Notes: generated by a model not told the origin, from the letters alone. Shown: positions 40,281 to 48,503, numbered from the stretch's first letter. The stretch is 64,000 nucleotides of DNA from an uncultured virus (IMG/VR IMGVR_UViG_3300001242_000018) (IMGVR_UViG_3300001242_000018:62001-126000); one strand, 5' to 3'. Program-made: numbers and translations.

Positions 40281-42892
40281 TGGGAGTAAGTTTAATCATA
40301 GGAGGAGTATTAGGAGCAACTATTACTACCAGTGCCGGCATTAAAGCTATCAGAGATTATATGGTTGGAAAACAAATGGACGACGTATTAACCACCGGAG
40401 TTACAAGGCAGGTATTGGTCGAAAGGAATTCAGAGTTAGGGGCGCAAGCCTTAAAGAATTACTGGGATTCTTTAGGCGTACTTGGTAGATGCGAGGTGCC
40501 AATGCATTTCTCTACTGAATTCCATTTCTCAGAGCATAAAGCTAAGATGATTCAATGGTACCCTCGTAGACTGGATAATACTATGCAGCGAACCTTAAAT
40601 GCCGTGCATAAAGCTGCTGAGTTAAAACCTATTAAAGATCCGTTAACTCTGGATAGATTCAAAGGGCGGTCGGTTAAAGCAATCGAACTTGAATTAGCAA
40701 AGAACTATATCTTCAATATAGAGATGATTCGTGGAGAGAAGATGCCTGGAGACCCTGTAACTAATATAATATCCGCAGGTACAAATTTAGCATCAGGTTG
40801 CGAGGTGATAGTACAGATTTTAACAAGACCGGTATCCGGTAGATATATTGAGAAAGGTAAATTCTATCTCAATAACTATGCAAAAACCCATAGCGAACCT
40901 CTTAAATTAAACAGTAACCTTAAGATGATTACAGAGGTATTCGGGCCTATACTAACACTAGGAAATGCAATTTACATACTAGGTACTAAGAATATACCAG
41001 CACCCAAGTACAGTAACATAGATATTAAAAAGATGAAAGATAAGATTAACAGCGGGATACTATTTGATACCCATATTCGCATTATAGCCATAGCTAGTAA
41101 CGATGCTGTAGCTATGAGTAACTTATCTACTATGGCCAGCGCTTTTGCCACAATAAGTGATGGTAATAGCTTTATAGTAAATAAGGTAAAACCTACGAAT
41201 AAATGGATTGATAACTTCTGTAAAAGAAAGATACCTCCTTATGTAACAGAGAACCTTTTATCAAGTAATGAACTTGCTTATTTTGTACACTTCCCGGATA
41301 AAAGAGTACCCTATGTGGAAAGACTCAAGAGTAAGAAACTACCCGTTCCAGAAGAAGTCCTGACATACAAAACATTCTGGGATGCCATTAACGATAATGC
41401 AATACCATTTGGATACTCTACATTTAGGGGTAGAACTAAATGGCTTGCCTTTAGAGATGTAAAGATGCTAAGACAACATGCTTATATTATAGGAGGTACC
41501 GGTGCTGGTAAGAGTACTATGTTAATATCCATGGCTCTTGCTGTTATTAAAAAAGCCGGACTTACATTCTTTGATGTTAAGGGTACCACTTTGGATAGAT
41601 TTATAGGGTATCTAAATAAGAGTGAAAGAGAGCGTGTCGTATACGTAGACCTCTCTAGTGATGATTTCTTTATACCAATGAATATCATGGCTGTAAGTAT
41701 GCCACCATATGATTTAGCAAACCTAATTGTGGATATATTCATTAGTGCCTTTGGAGAGAAATCCATTCAAGCTCGAAGTCAGAAGGTACTGCGACAGGCT
41801 GTGTTAGCCGTTTCCGTCAATGATAAGAATGGTACCATAATGGAAGTATACCGAATGTTTACTGATAGTAATTATCGTAGAAGAAGATTAGAAGATCTAG
41901 AGAGGTTATACCAACAGGGGAAGTACACAGAAGTTTATGAGTACTGGAAGAAGTTCGTAGGGAAGAAAAATGCTTATGATGACCCGGATGCTCAGCCGAT
42001 TATTAATAAGTTAGAGAAGATTATGCAAAGTACTAGACCTCGTATGATGCTCTCTCAAAGAAGTAACGTTTTAAATTGGGAGAGATTTATGAATGAGAAG
42101 AAGATTGTATTAATCAATCTCAATATAGGGACTAATACTCCTGAAATTCAAAGGCTCTTTGCCACTATGTTAATGACTATGATACGGCAAGATACCTTTA
42201 AAAGGTTAAAAGATGGTCGGCACGAGAATGACAGAGAGACTCATGTTACTATCCTAGACGAATTCGAGGAATTTGCTAAAGATCCTGTTGAGTTTGAAAG
42301 ACTCCTAGCTATGGCTCGTGAATGTGGTAATGGTCTTATCTTAACTCACCAGGCTAAAAGCCAGTTGCCGGATAGGATATTTGATATTATTGCTGATAAT
42401 ACATTTACACAGGTCGCTATGAATATTGGAGACGCTTCGGCCCCGGTTATCTCCAAGATGTTTCCGGGCTTTGAATCTCAGGATATGACGAGCTTTACTT
42501 GTGATATAAACGAAGGACTTGAAGGAGTTTGTAGGATGAAGAAATTATCACCCGAACCCTTCACCTTCTATACTCCTTTATATTGGAAACTGTTTAAGGA
42601 TTACGGAAAGGTTACTGAAACTATTAATAAACTCCATACAAGAGATCATGTGTCAATTATGCAGTGCTTTAGAGATATAGAAGCAAGATACAAGACTACC
42701 AAGGAGGATACGGTAACAGATGCTACCATTCAAAAGCAACCGCAAAATATCAAAGTACGAAAGGATAAACCTAGAGGATCCCTTAAGGCTATACCAGGAG
42801 CTATTAAAAAGTCGAGTACTTCAACCCCGGGATTTGAAGGTTCTGGAGGCGGTATATTACCGCAAATGTGTGATACCAAGACACCTGGGTAG
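40280..42892 (+). CDS. VirD4/TraG/TrwB-like (HerA-FtsK superfamily) coupling ATPase
   Basis: N-terminal TM; Walker A 'HAYIIGGTGAGKST', 'FFDVKG', Walker B 'ILDEFEEF', 'ARECGNGLILTHQ..SQL'. Confidence 0.8.
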   Translation: MGVSLIIGGVLGATITTSAGIKAIRDYMVGKQMDDVLTTGVTRQVLVERNSELGAQALKNYWDSLGVLGRCEVPMHFSTEFHFSEHKAKMIQWYPRRLDNTMQRTLNAVHKAAELKPIKDPLTLDRFKGRSVKAIELELAKNYIFNIEMIRGEKMPGDPVTNIISAGTNLASGCEVIVQILTRPVSGRYIEKGKFYLNNYAKTHSEPLKLNSNLKMITEVFGPILTLGNAIYILGTKNIPAPKYSNIDIKKMKDKINSGILFDTHIRIIAIASNDAVAMSNLSTMASAFATISDGNSFIVNKVKPTNKWIDNFCKRKIPPYVTENLLSSNELAYFVHFPDKRVPYVERLKSKKLPVPEEVLTYKTFWDAINDNAIPFGYSTFRGRTKWLAFRDVKMLRQHAYIIGGTGAGKSTMLISMALAVIKKAGLTFFDVKGTTLDRFIGYLNKSERERVVYVDLSSDDFFIPMNIMAVSMPPYDLANLIVDIFISAFGEKSIQARSQKVLRQAVLAVSVNDKNGTIMEVYRMFTDSNYRRRRLEDLERLYQQGKYTEVYEYWKKFVGKKNAYDDPDAQPIINKLEKIMQSTRPRMMLSQRSNVLNWERFMNEKKIVLINLNIGTNTPEIQRLFATMLMTMIRQDTFKRLKDGRHENDRETHVTILDEFEEFAKDPVEFERLLAMARECGNGLILTHQAKSQLPDRIFDIIADNTFTQVAMNIGDASAPVISKMFPGFESQDMTSFTCDINEGLEGVCRMKKLSPEPFTFYTPLYWKLFKDYGKVTETINKLHTRDHVSIMQCFRDIEARYKTTKEDTVTDATIQKQPQNIKVRKDKPRGSLKAIPGAIKKSSTSTPGFEGSGGGILPQMCDTKTPG

Positions 42893-43631
42893 TGAATTCT
42901 TTGGTATAGACTCTAATGGTAACCCGAATAAGATCGCAGACATCATAGCTAGGCGGAGGCTTAAACAATATTACCGGTGGCATATAATTGACCGATTCTT
43001 TGTAGACCCTGGGTTAAATAAGGGGAGTTCTCCACAGTATGTAACACTTGATGTTATAGGGGCTATGATACTAGCAGGATGGTGGGGATGTACTATGAAA
43101 GAATTAAAGTGGAAGAAAGAAAGGAATGATGTACAAATACCTTACTTAGCCCATATTATAGAGATTAATAGCTTCAGAGAATGGCTGGTCAATAACGCTA
43201 AGGTAGCGGGCCATCTCCCTGGAGTGTGGAAGGTAGAGCATCATAATTATGTATCGTTTGAAATGGATGAACTTAATTATAGGTTAGAGCCGGATGGGTA
43301 TTGTCAGTACTGGTTTAATAAAGAAGATGGGTTCCATTTCTTTTACGAGCACGATAGAGGAACGATGTCTTTAAAGCAGTGGAAGGAGAAAATAGCCAGG
43401 TATCAATTGTATTTTGATAGCCGGCATTGGCAGAAAGACAGTGAGTTACAATTCCCGATCGTATTATGTACTACAACAACATGGAAACGTACTGAAGAGC
43501 TTTCTGCGTTATGTGCGGAAACAAATGTAGTCTGGTTCTTTACCTCTTACGAGAATGGATTTACAGACGAATGGATCGAGAGTAGTACCGAAGGAAAAAT
43601 ACAGTTATTCAATACGAAAGACGGGGCTTAA
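42720..43631 (+). CDS. Replication-relaxation (Replic_Relax) family protein
   Basis: wHTH 'RDLKVL...ARRRLKQ', 'YLAHIIEIN', 'LEPDG', 'FFYEHDRGTM...EKI.RY..Y', 'FPIVL..TTT..R'. Confidence 0.8.
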   Translation: MLPFKSNRKISKYERINLEDPLRLYQELLKSRVLQPRDLKVLEAVYYRKCVIPRHLGSEFFGIDSNGNPNKIADIIARRRLKQYYRWHIIDRFFVDPGLNKGSSPQYVTLDVIGAMILAGWWGCTMKELKWKKERNDVQIPYLAHIIEINSFREWLVNNAKVAGHLPGVWKVEHHNYVSFEMDELNYRLEPDGYCQYWFNKEDGFHFFYEHDRGTMSLKQWKEKIARYQLYFDSRHWQKDSELQFPIVLCTTTTWKRTEELSALCAETNVVWFFTSYENGFTDEWIESSTEGKIQLFNTKDGA

Positions 43632-43645
43632 TTGCTCCCGTCTTT
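43617..43645. terminator. Bidirectional terminator at the strand convergence
   Basis: AAAGACGGGGC-TTAATT-GCTCCCGTCTTT. Confidence 0.65.
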
Positions 43646-43934
43646 ACTCATTAACTTTAATATTGTCCCAAAAATCATCGAACATATAGTAACCGGTTAT
43701 TAATCCAGTTACAATTGCTATTACAGTTAGTATAATCCATGTCTTAGTATTCATAAGTGCTACTCATGTGTTAGTATCACCGTTTCCTTTCGCTTTTTAT
43801 TCTCTGCTTAAATAGTCTTTCCCTAACGTGAGCAGCAGCTCTATCGTAATACCATTTAGGTGCTTTACGTAGTCTACCACTCTTGAAAAGAATGTAATAT
43901 CCTTCATGATTTCTAAACACATCGACTACATTAT

Positions 43935-44267
43935 TCATAAATCACTATTACTATTGAAGTTATTCTTAGGATCATTCTTAAATGTATAAATCTTATACGA
44001 GAATACCTTACGCAGTATAGGAAAGAATAACCCTATAATTGCCGGTGGTATATCAAATACGATTCTAAAAATATGATATACCCTGAAGTATTTATCACAT
44101 CCAAACATCACATGCCTGTATCCCTTTATTAAGCCTCCTTCTCTTGTCTCTATCCAGAAATCGCGAGCCCTTACCCCAAAGTAAAACAGATAACATATCC
44201 ATAGAATCATTTGCCACCAGGTAAGATCGATAAATCTTGTCCATATAAATATAGCGTACTCGATCAT
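43935..44267 (-). CDS. Hypothetical membrane protein
   Basis: Aromatic/hydrophobic segments; GAGGTG SD. Confidence 0.5.
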   Translation of the reverse strand: MIEYAIFIWTRFIDLTWWQMILWICYLFYFGVRARDFWIETREGGLIKGYRHVMFGCDKYFRVYHIFRIVFDIPPAIIGLFFPILRKVFSYKIYTFKNDPKNNFNSNSDL

Positions 44268-44281
44268 AGTATCACCTCTTT

Positions 44282-45142
44282 TTAATAATTCATGATTATA
44301 TATTCAGGAACTTCAGATCGGCCGGTACCTTTAGAGTTAACATTCCTTCGTACGTGTACTGTATCGATCTTATATCCTTGAAACAATGTTTTTATATCCG
44401 TATGTGCAGAGTTACTGCACATACAAAAGACATCCTTTGCAGTCAGTCTATCGATTAGATTCTTAAGTCTGATATGCTCTGTATCAGGAAAGCCCTTGTC
44501 TGTGTACTCTGTGAATTTTGCCGTATCAGAGATAGGCTTATATGGAGGATCGAAATATATAAAGTCTCCTGCTGATATATACGGCTCTACCAATTCGAAG
44601 TCTCCATGGATAATGACTTGTCCTTTAAGAGTAGATGCTACAGACGTAATGAGTAATGAGTCGTAGATGATTGGATTCTTATAGTTACCTATAGGAGCGT
44701 TAAATTGCCCCTTTTTATTATAGCGGCTCAACCCATTAAAGCAAGTCTTATTTAAGTATATGTACCGAGCGGCCCGTTCCTCTGGCGAGGGATTCCATCC
44801 AGAGTCTCTATCGAATTCTCTTACCTTGTAATAGTTACCTTCGGTAATATGGTCGCCTGGATGCTTGTTAAATGGATATCTGGCAAGTAGGTTCCTTATC
44901 TCTTGCAATACACCACCAGGATTCGTTTTAATAGCCATGTAGCAAATAGCGGTGTCTTTATTACCATCTATCAAGATAGCATGTTTGCCATTCATAAGAC
45001 CAAGCGAATGGAGTTTAAAGTATAATGCGCCGCCACCTACAAAAGGTTCAGCGTATCTATTATACGCTGCAGGCATTCTCTGCATTAACTCATCTGTTAT
45101 ACTACCCTTTCCTCCTAAGCATTTGATAAACGGTTTACACAT
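44282..45142 (-). CDS. dam: DNA adenine methyltransferase (Dam/D12 class)
   Basis: 'KPFIK..GGK', 'EPFVGGGA', 'YLNKTCFNGL.R.N..G.FNAP.G', 'YFDPPY'. Confidence 0.92.
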   Translation of the reverse strand: MCKPFIKCLGGKGSITDELMQRMPAAYNRYAEPFVGGGALYFKLHSLGLMNGKHAILIDGNKDTAICYMAIKTNPGGVLQEIRNLLARYPFNKHPGDHITEGNYYKVREFDRDSGWNPSPEERAARYIYLNKTCFNGLSRYNKKGQFNAPIGNYKNPIIYDSLLITSVASTLKGQVIIHGDFELVEPYISAGDFIYFDPPYKPISDTAKFTEYTDKGFPDTEHIRLKNLIDRLTAKDVFCMCSNSAHTDIKTLFQGYKIDTVHVRRNVNSKGTGRSEVPEYIIMNY

Positions 45143-45436
45143 CTACTCTCGTCCTTTCTTTTCTATCAAGATTACATTCGGAGGTAGATACTCGACAGAT
45201 TTATAAAGGGTTCCGTCCTTTTTAAATCTCCTCCAATACCAAGAAGAAGGAGTGTAACCTTCGCAATGACAAAGAGCGCCACGACGTCCTTCGCGATCTT
45301 CTACTATATCATCAGGTTTAAAACCTGTCTTAGTCTCAAGAAGTTCTCTTTGAAATACGATGATTTCTTTATTTAATTTATTAATACATTGTTGCCTACT
45401 TCTTATGTCCTCTTCTATTTCCTTTATATCTCTCAT
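45143..45436 (-). CDS. Hypothetical protein
   Basis: Coiled coil plus SH3-like beta region; ATG after GAGGTG. Confidence 0.5.
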   Translation of the reverse strand: MRDIKEIEEDIRSRQQCINKLNKEIIVFQRELLETKTGFKPDDIVEDREGRRGALCHCEGYTPSSWYWRRFKKDGTLYKSVEYLPPNVILIEKKGRE

Positions 45437-45440
45437 GTTA

Positions 45441-45863
45441 TTACACCTCGTCACTTAGTCTAGCGGACATCTCTACTTCGGTTTCCGGATTAACATGCAT
45501 GTACTCGCAAAGATCTAAATATGCTTGTAATGCCTTTGCCCGGACGACGGTATCCGGGTGCTTGTACCCTATTATTTCAAATGCATGCATCAGATGACCG
45601 AATACGTGTACAGATAACATATCAAATGCAGGAGGATTAGCCTCTGCCATATCTATTATCCTACCAAAATAAGTACGTTTCATGAATGTCTTATCCGGTG
45701 CCGCATTTCTTAAAACGATAGAACGTATCCACCTGGTTAATGATTTAACCTCTACTGTAGCTCCTATATCCGACCCCCTTAGACTTAGTAAAAGAACTGT
45801 CTGCTCTTTTAATGTTAGAGCAAATAGCCAGTCTTGCATAACAGGGCCTGGTACCCATTTCAT
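45441..45863 (-). CDS. Hypothetical phage protein
   Basis: AAAGGAGGTG SD; His-rich 'HLMHAFEIIGYKHP...HVNPE'. Confidence 0.6.
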   Translation of the reverse strand: MKWVPGPVMQDWLFALTLKEQTVLLLSLRGSDIGATVEVKSLTRWIRSIVLRNAAPDKTFMKRTYFGRIIDMAEANPPAFDMLSVHVFGHLMHAFEIIGYKHPDTVVRAKALQAYLDLCEYMHVNPETEVEMSARLSDEV

Positions 45864-45929
45864 AGTATCACCTCCTTTATAAAATAAAGACTATAGTAAA
45901 ATACTACAGTCTTGGATAAAAGATTATTA

Positions 45930-46006
45930 TGGTCGGGATGGAGGGATTTGAACCCCCGATTTCCTGTTCCCAAAACAGGCGCCTTACCAAGCTAGGCCAC
46001 ATCCCG
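45930..46006 (-). tRNA. tRNA-Pro(TGG)
   Basis: Full cloverleaf CGGGATG...CATCCCG-A-CCA; anticodon arm CCTGT-TTTGGGA-ACAGG. Confidence 0.92.
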
Positions 46007-46010
46007 ACAA

Positions 46011-46147
46011 TGACCGGGGAGATAGGAAGACCCGGTCAAAGTGTCGAAGCACTAAGTTAGTACTGTTTTGACATACTTATCGATGCCGGGTACAGCCCGA
46101 AACCCAACTACTTCAAGGTGTAGTCAATCCTGCCTTATTAATAAGGC
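46011..46147 (-). ncRNA. Candidate structured RNA 'D' between tRNA-Ile2 and tRNA-Pro
   Basis: Run of hairpins: GCCTTA/TAAGGC, GACTAC/GTAGTT, CGGG/CCCG, TGACCGGG/CCCGGTCA. Confidence 0.35.
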
Positions 46148-46149
46148 TC

Positions 46150-46224
46150 TGGTGGGCCCTAAGAGATTCGAACTCCCAACCAACCGGTTATGAGCCGGAT
46201 GCTCTACCATTGAGCTAAAGGCCC
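46150..46224 (-). tRNA. tRNA-Ile2(CAT), possibly elongator Met
   Basis: GGGCCTT...AGGGCCC-A-CCA with CAT anticodon; the GGGCC acceptor is typical of lysidine-modified Ile2. Confidence 0.85.
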
Positions 46225-46598
46225 TTAAATAAGTTTCATATCAAATTCCATTGTTATAACAAATACTAATTTTCTTTTAATTGTCATCTTTAATTCCTTC
46301 CAACTGTAATAATAATTGTAAAAGTGCTTTCGTATATGAAATATTACATTCTATCGGGTTATTGATTCTTCTAAATGCTTTACCGATAGATTTTAAATTA
46401 CAAATCCTATCTAAACATCTTTAGGAACGAAATTTACATTTCCTATAGCCTCTTCGAGCATATCTTTTTCAATGCCAGACATAACAAATACATATACACC
46501 ATCTAATTCACTACTATTATTAGAACAATTATAATGACTTTTTGCGAATATATTATTCACTCCTTAAAGTTCATTAAATCATCACCTAAATTAATTTT

Positions 46599-46679
46599 TG
46601 GTCGGGATGGAGAGATTCGAACCCTAAATCACTGGTACGGGCTTAAACCGTATGTCTCTACCAATTGGGCTACACCCGG
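46599..46679 (-). pseudogene. Degenerate/chimeric tRNA-Leu(TAA) with a Pro-like 3' end
   Basis: D and anticodon arms nearly identical to tRNA-Leu 48676-48753, but the 3' end TCCATCCCGACCA equals tRNA-Pro; mismatches in acceptor and T stems. Confidence 0.6.
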
Positions 46680-46710
46680 AAGATGATCGGTTACAACCTA
46701 TTACTCATCT

Positions 46711-47004
46711 TTAGATCTCCATCCAGTTACTAAACTCAGAATCTTGCTCTAAACCTTTAGAAATAAGTAATTTTACAAGAGTGGGTATGTCTCTATCAAT
46801 CATAGATTCAAAAGAAGAATCCGCTAAACTTACTAAAGAAAGTTCATCTAATATGGGATTAAGTATATCCCACTCTTCTTTGGTATAACTATCAGTAAGA
46901 TAATGATAATTATTCCAACATTCTTTAGTATTGATCGTAACTACAATTAAATCTGGTTCATCTGGAAACGTACATACATGAAATATAAATTTATTTGTAT
47001 CTAT
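46711..47004 (-). CDS. Hypothetical acidic protein inside the tRNA array (probable ATA start)
   Basis: AAGGAGTG + 6 nt + ATA GAT ACA AAT; the ORF-track start lies inside a tRNA. Confidence 0.55.
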   Translation of the reverse strand: MDTNKFIFHVCTFPDEPDLIVVTINTKECWNNYHYLTDSYTKEEWDILNPILDELSLVSLADSSFESMIDRDIPTLVKLLISKGLEQDSEFSNWMEI

Positions 47005-47025
47005 AAATATCACTCCTTTAATGTT

Positions 47026-47101
47026 TGGTTGCGAGTGCCGGACTCGAACCGGCAACCTCCAGTTTATGAAACTGACGAGCTTCCAATTGCTCCAACCTGC
47101 G
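47026..47101 (-). tRNA. Initiator-like tRNA-Met(CAT), atypical
   Basis: CGCAGG...GCA-A-CCA with C1:A72 mismatch; anticodon arm TCAGT-TTCATAA-ACTGG. Confidence 0.75.
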
Positions 47102-47105
47102 ATAA

Positions 47106-47231
47106 TGCTGCAATTTAGTGGACTACGTGTACCTTAATCCGTGATAGATCCTTTACCCATATTAGCAGATATATTACATCAGCTTATGGAGTTATATCAC
47201 TGGTTAAAGTCGCGCCGTTTGCAGCTGCCAC
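47106..47231 (-). ncRNA. Structured RNA motif A, copy 1
   Basis: GTGGCAGCTGCAAACGGCGC-[long irregular hairpin]-GTACACGTAGTCCACTAAATTGCAGCA; ends shared with 48757-48870. Confidence 0.7.
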
Positions 47232-47250
47232 TACAGGGCGTGAAGCCCTC

Positions 47251-47327
47251 TGGTCTGGGTGGAGAGATTTGAACTCCCAGTTACCTGCTCCTAAAGTAGG
47301 CGCCTTACCAAACTAAGCTACATCCCG
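47251..47327 (-). tRNA. Pro-scaffold tRNA with TAG (Leu) anticodon, possibly a pseudogene
   Basis: 5' CGGGATGTAGCTTAGTTTGGTAAGGCGCC resembles tRNA-Pro; loop TTTAGGA; two acceptor mismatches and one anticodon-stem mismatch. Confidence 0.55.
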
Positions 47328-47391
47328 AGGAGGCCCAAGGGTCGCAACTCCTTGAGCACATGATAAAGTGGTTGGGATCAGCAGTTATCCC

Positions 47392-47476
47392 TGGCGGAGG
47401 GTACAGGAGTCGAACCCGCTAGGCTTTTACACCTCGACTGTTTTCAAGACAGCTTACCACCGTTGGCCTACCCTCC
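47392..47476 (-). tRNA. tRNA-Ser(TGA)
   Basis: GGAGGGT...ACCCTCC-G-CCA, long variable arm, TGA anticodon, short D arm. Confidence 0.85.
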
Positions 47477-47559
47477 GTAATGCAATGGCTTTTATTCGCT
47501 TAGTTAATTGTTCCGGTATGCTAAAGCCATTAAAATATCAACCGTCTACAATTTAATAC

Positions 47560-47603
47560 TGGCGGAGACAGAGGGAGAATCGACTTATAAATTGCGACTC
47601 TCC
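47560..47603 (-). pseudogene. Internally deleted tRNA-Ser-like remnant
   Basis: GGAGAG...TCTGTCTCC-G-CCA ends retained; D and anticodon arms absent. Confidence 0.4.
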
Positions 47604-47618
47604 ATGATTCCATAAATG

Positions 47619-47632
47619 GCGGAAGGTATAGG
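47619..47632. repeat. 14-bp direct repeat of the tRNA-Ser(GCT) 3' end (other copy 48081-48094)
   Basis: GCGGAAGGTATAGG on both sides of the HNH gene. Confidence 0.85.
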
Positions 47633-47635
47633 CCC

Positions 47636-48055
47636 TTATAATACATGTTTCCATATTAAACGATTCTTTATATCAGATATTACACTGTGATGTATTTCAA
47701 ATAATCTTCCTAATTCTCTAATACCATAGCCATTACTAAGTAAACATCTAATATATACAACCTGTTTTTCATTAAGTTTTGCATTAACATGATTAGAACC
47801 CTTTATACTAGGTCTATTTCTCATCTTTTCTCTAGTTGATTCGGGTAATTTCTTACCAAGCATATGTAATCTACTATGTTCTTTTCTTGTGGTCAATTCT
47901 AAATTACTAGGTTCATTATTTCCTTTACATTCATCTTTGTGATGAACAATTTCAGAACTAAGTAACTCTCTACCAAGTTTTGCTTCCATAACTAATCTAT
48001 GTTCGTTATTGGTGGTATTTTTGTTTATTCTAATCTTTTTATATTTATTAGAAAT
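47636..48055 (-). CDS. HNH homing endonuclease (HNH_3) with NUMOD3-like motif and C-terminal HTH
   Basis: 'EHRLVME..LGR.L.S.EIVHHKD....NN...NLEL.....H...H', 'GKKLPESTREKM', 'G..H.NAKL....V..IR.....G.....L...F.I....I..I.....WKH'; more AT-rich than its flanks. Confidence 0.85.
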   Translation of the reverse strand: MSNKYKKIRINKNTTNNEHRLVMEAKLGRELLSSEIVHHKDECKGNNEPSNLELTTRKEHSRLHMLGKKLPESTREKMRNRPSIKGSNHVNAKLNEKQVVYIRCLLSNGYGIRELGRLFEIHHSVISDIKNRLIWKHVL

Positions 48056-48080
48056 AATAATCACCACCAATTAGTTTAGA

Positions 48081-48166
48081 GCGGAAGGTATAGGATTTGA
48101 ACCTATGCAGGTGTTACCCTGGCCTTTGATTAGCAATCAAGCACATTACCGCTCTGTCAACCTTCC
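48081..48166 (-). tRNA. tRNA-Ser(GCT), CCA not fully encoded
   Basis: GGAAGGT...ACCTTCC-G-C, GCT anticodon, long variable arm. Confidence 0.85.
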
Positions 48167-48167
48167 A

Positions 48168-48249
48168 GTCATTCAGTGTGCCAGTCTTAAGTGGGTTCCA
48201 TTGGGCACACTGAATATTGTATGTGAGCTCTAGAGATATGCCAACTCTA
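48168..48249 (-). ncRNA. Structured RNA motif B, copy 1
   Basis: TAGAG-TTGGCATAT-CTCTA GAGCTCACATACAAT ATTCAGTGTGCC-loop-AAGACT-GGCACACTGAAT GAC; homologous to 48950-49031. Confidence 0.7.
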
Positions 48250-48256
48250 ATACTTA

Positions 48257-48342
48257 TGGTGGAAGAGGTAGGATTTGAACCTACGAAGTTGTTACACGGC
48301 AGATTTACAGTCTGCTCCCATTAACCACTCGGGCACTCTTCC
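48257..48342 (-). tRNA. tRNA-Tyr(GTA)
   Basis: GGAAGAG...CTCTTCC-A-CCA; GCAGA-CTGTAAA-TCTGC. Confidence 0.92.
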
Positions 48343-48349
48343 ATGATAA

Positions 48350-48422
48350 CGGTTTCAGGGGAGGGATTCGAACCCACGACCTTCAGGGTATGAACCTGAC
48401 AAGCTACCTCTACTCAGCGTCG
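48350..48422 (-). pseudogene. Degenerate tRNA-Met(CAT)
   Basis: Anticodon arm TCAGG-TTCATAC-CCTGA and a TTCGAAT T loop remain; 5' acceptor strand does not pair; ends in ACCG. Confidence 0.6.
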
Positions 48423-48425
48423 TTA

Positions 48426-48503
48426 TGGAAGGGGAAGTAGGATTCGAACCTACGAATGTACGGATCAAAACCGTATGCCTTAGACCAACTTAGCTACACC
48501 CCT
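48426..48503 (-). tRNA. tRNA-Gln(TTG)
   Basis: AGGGG...CCCCT-T-CCA; TACGG-TTTTGAT-CCGTA. Confidence 0.88.

Noticed and set aside
44282..45142. Restriction-modification system
   Set aside because: No cognate endonuclease is adjacent; orphan Dam methylases are common in phages
46230..46595. Possible decayed gene after an AAGGAGTG SD
   Set aside because: All frames are short and interrupted by stops, with no recognisable product, so it cannot be supported
47251..47327. Amber suppressor tRNA or stop-codon recoding
   Set aside because: Anticodon TAG reads CTA (Leu), not the UAG stop; long genes are intact under the standard code and end in TAA, TAG or TGA
47636..48070. Group I intron in a tRNA carrying the HNH gene
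   Set aside because: tRNA-Ser is uninterrupted upstream of the HNH gene and there is no room for an intron core
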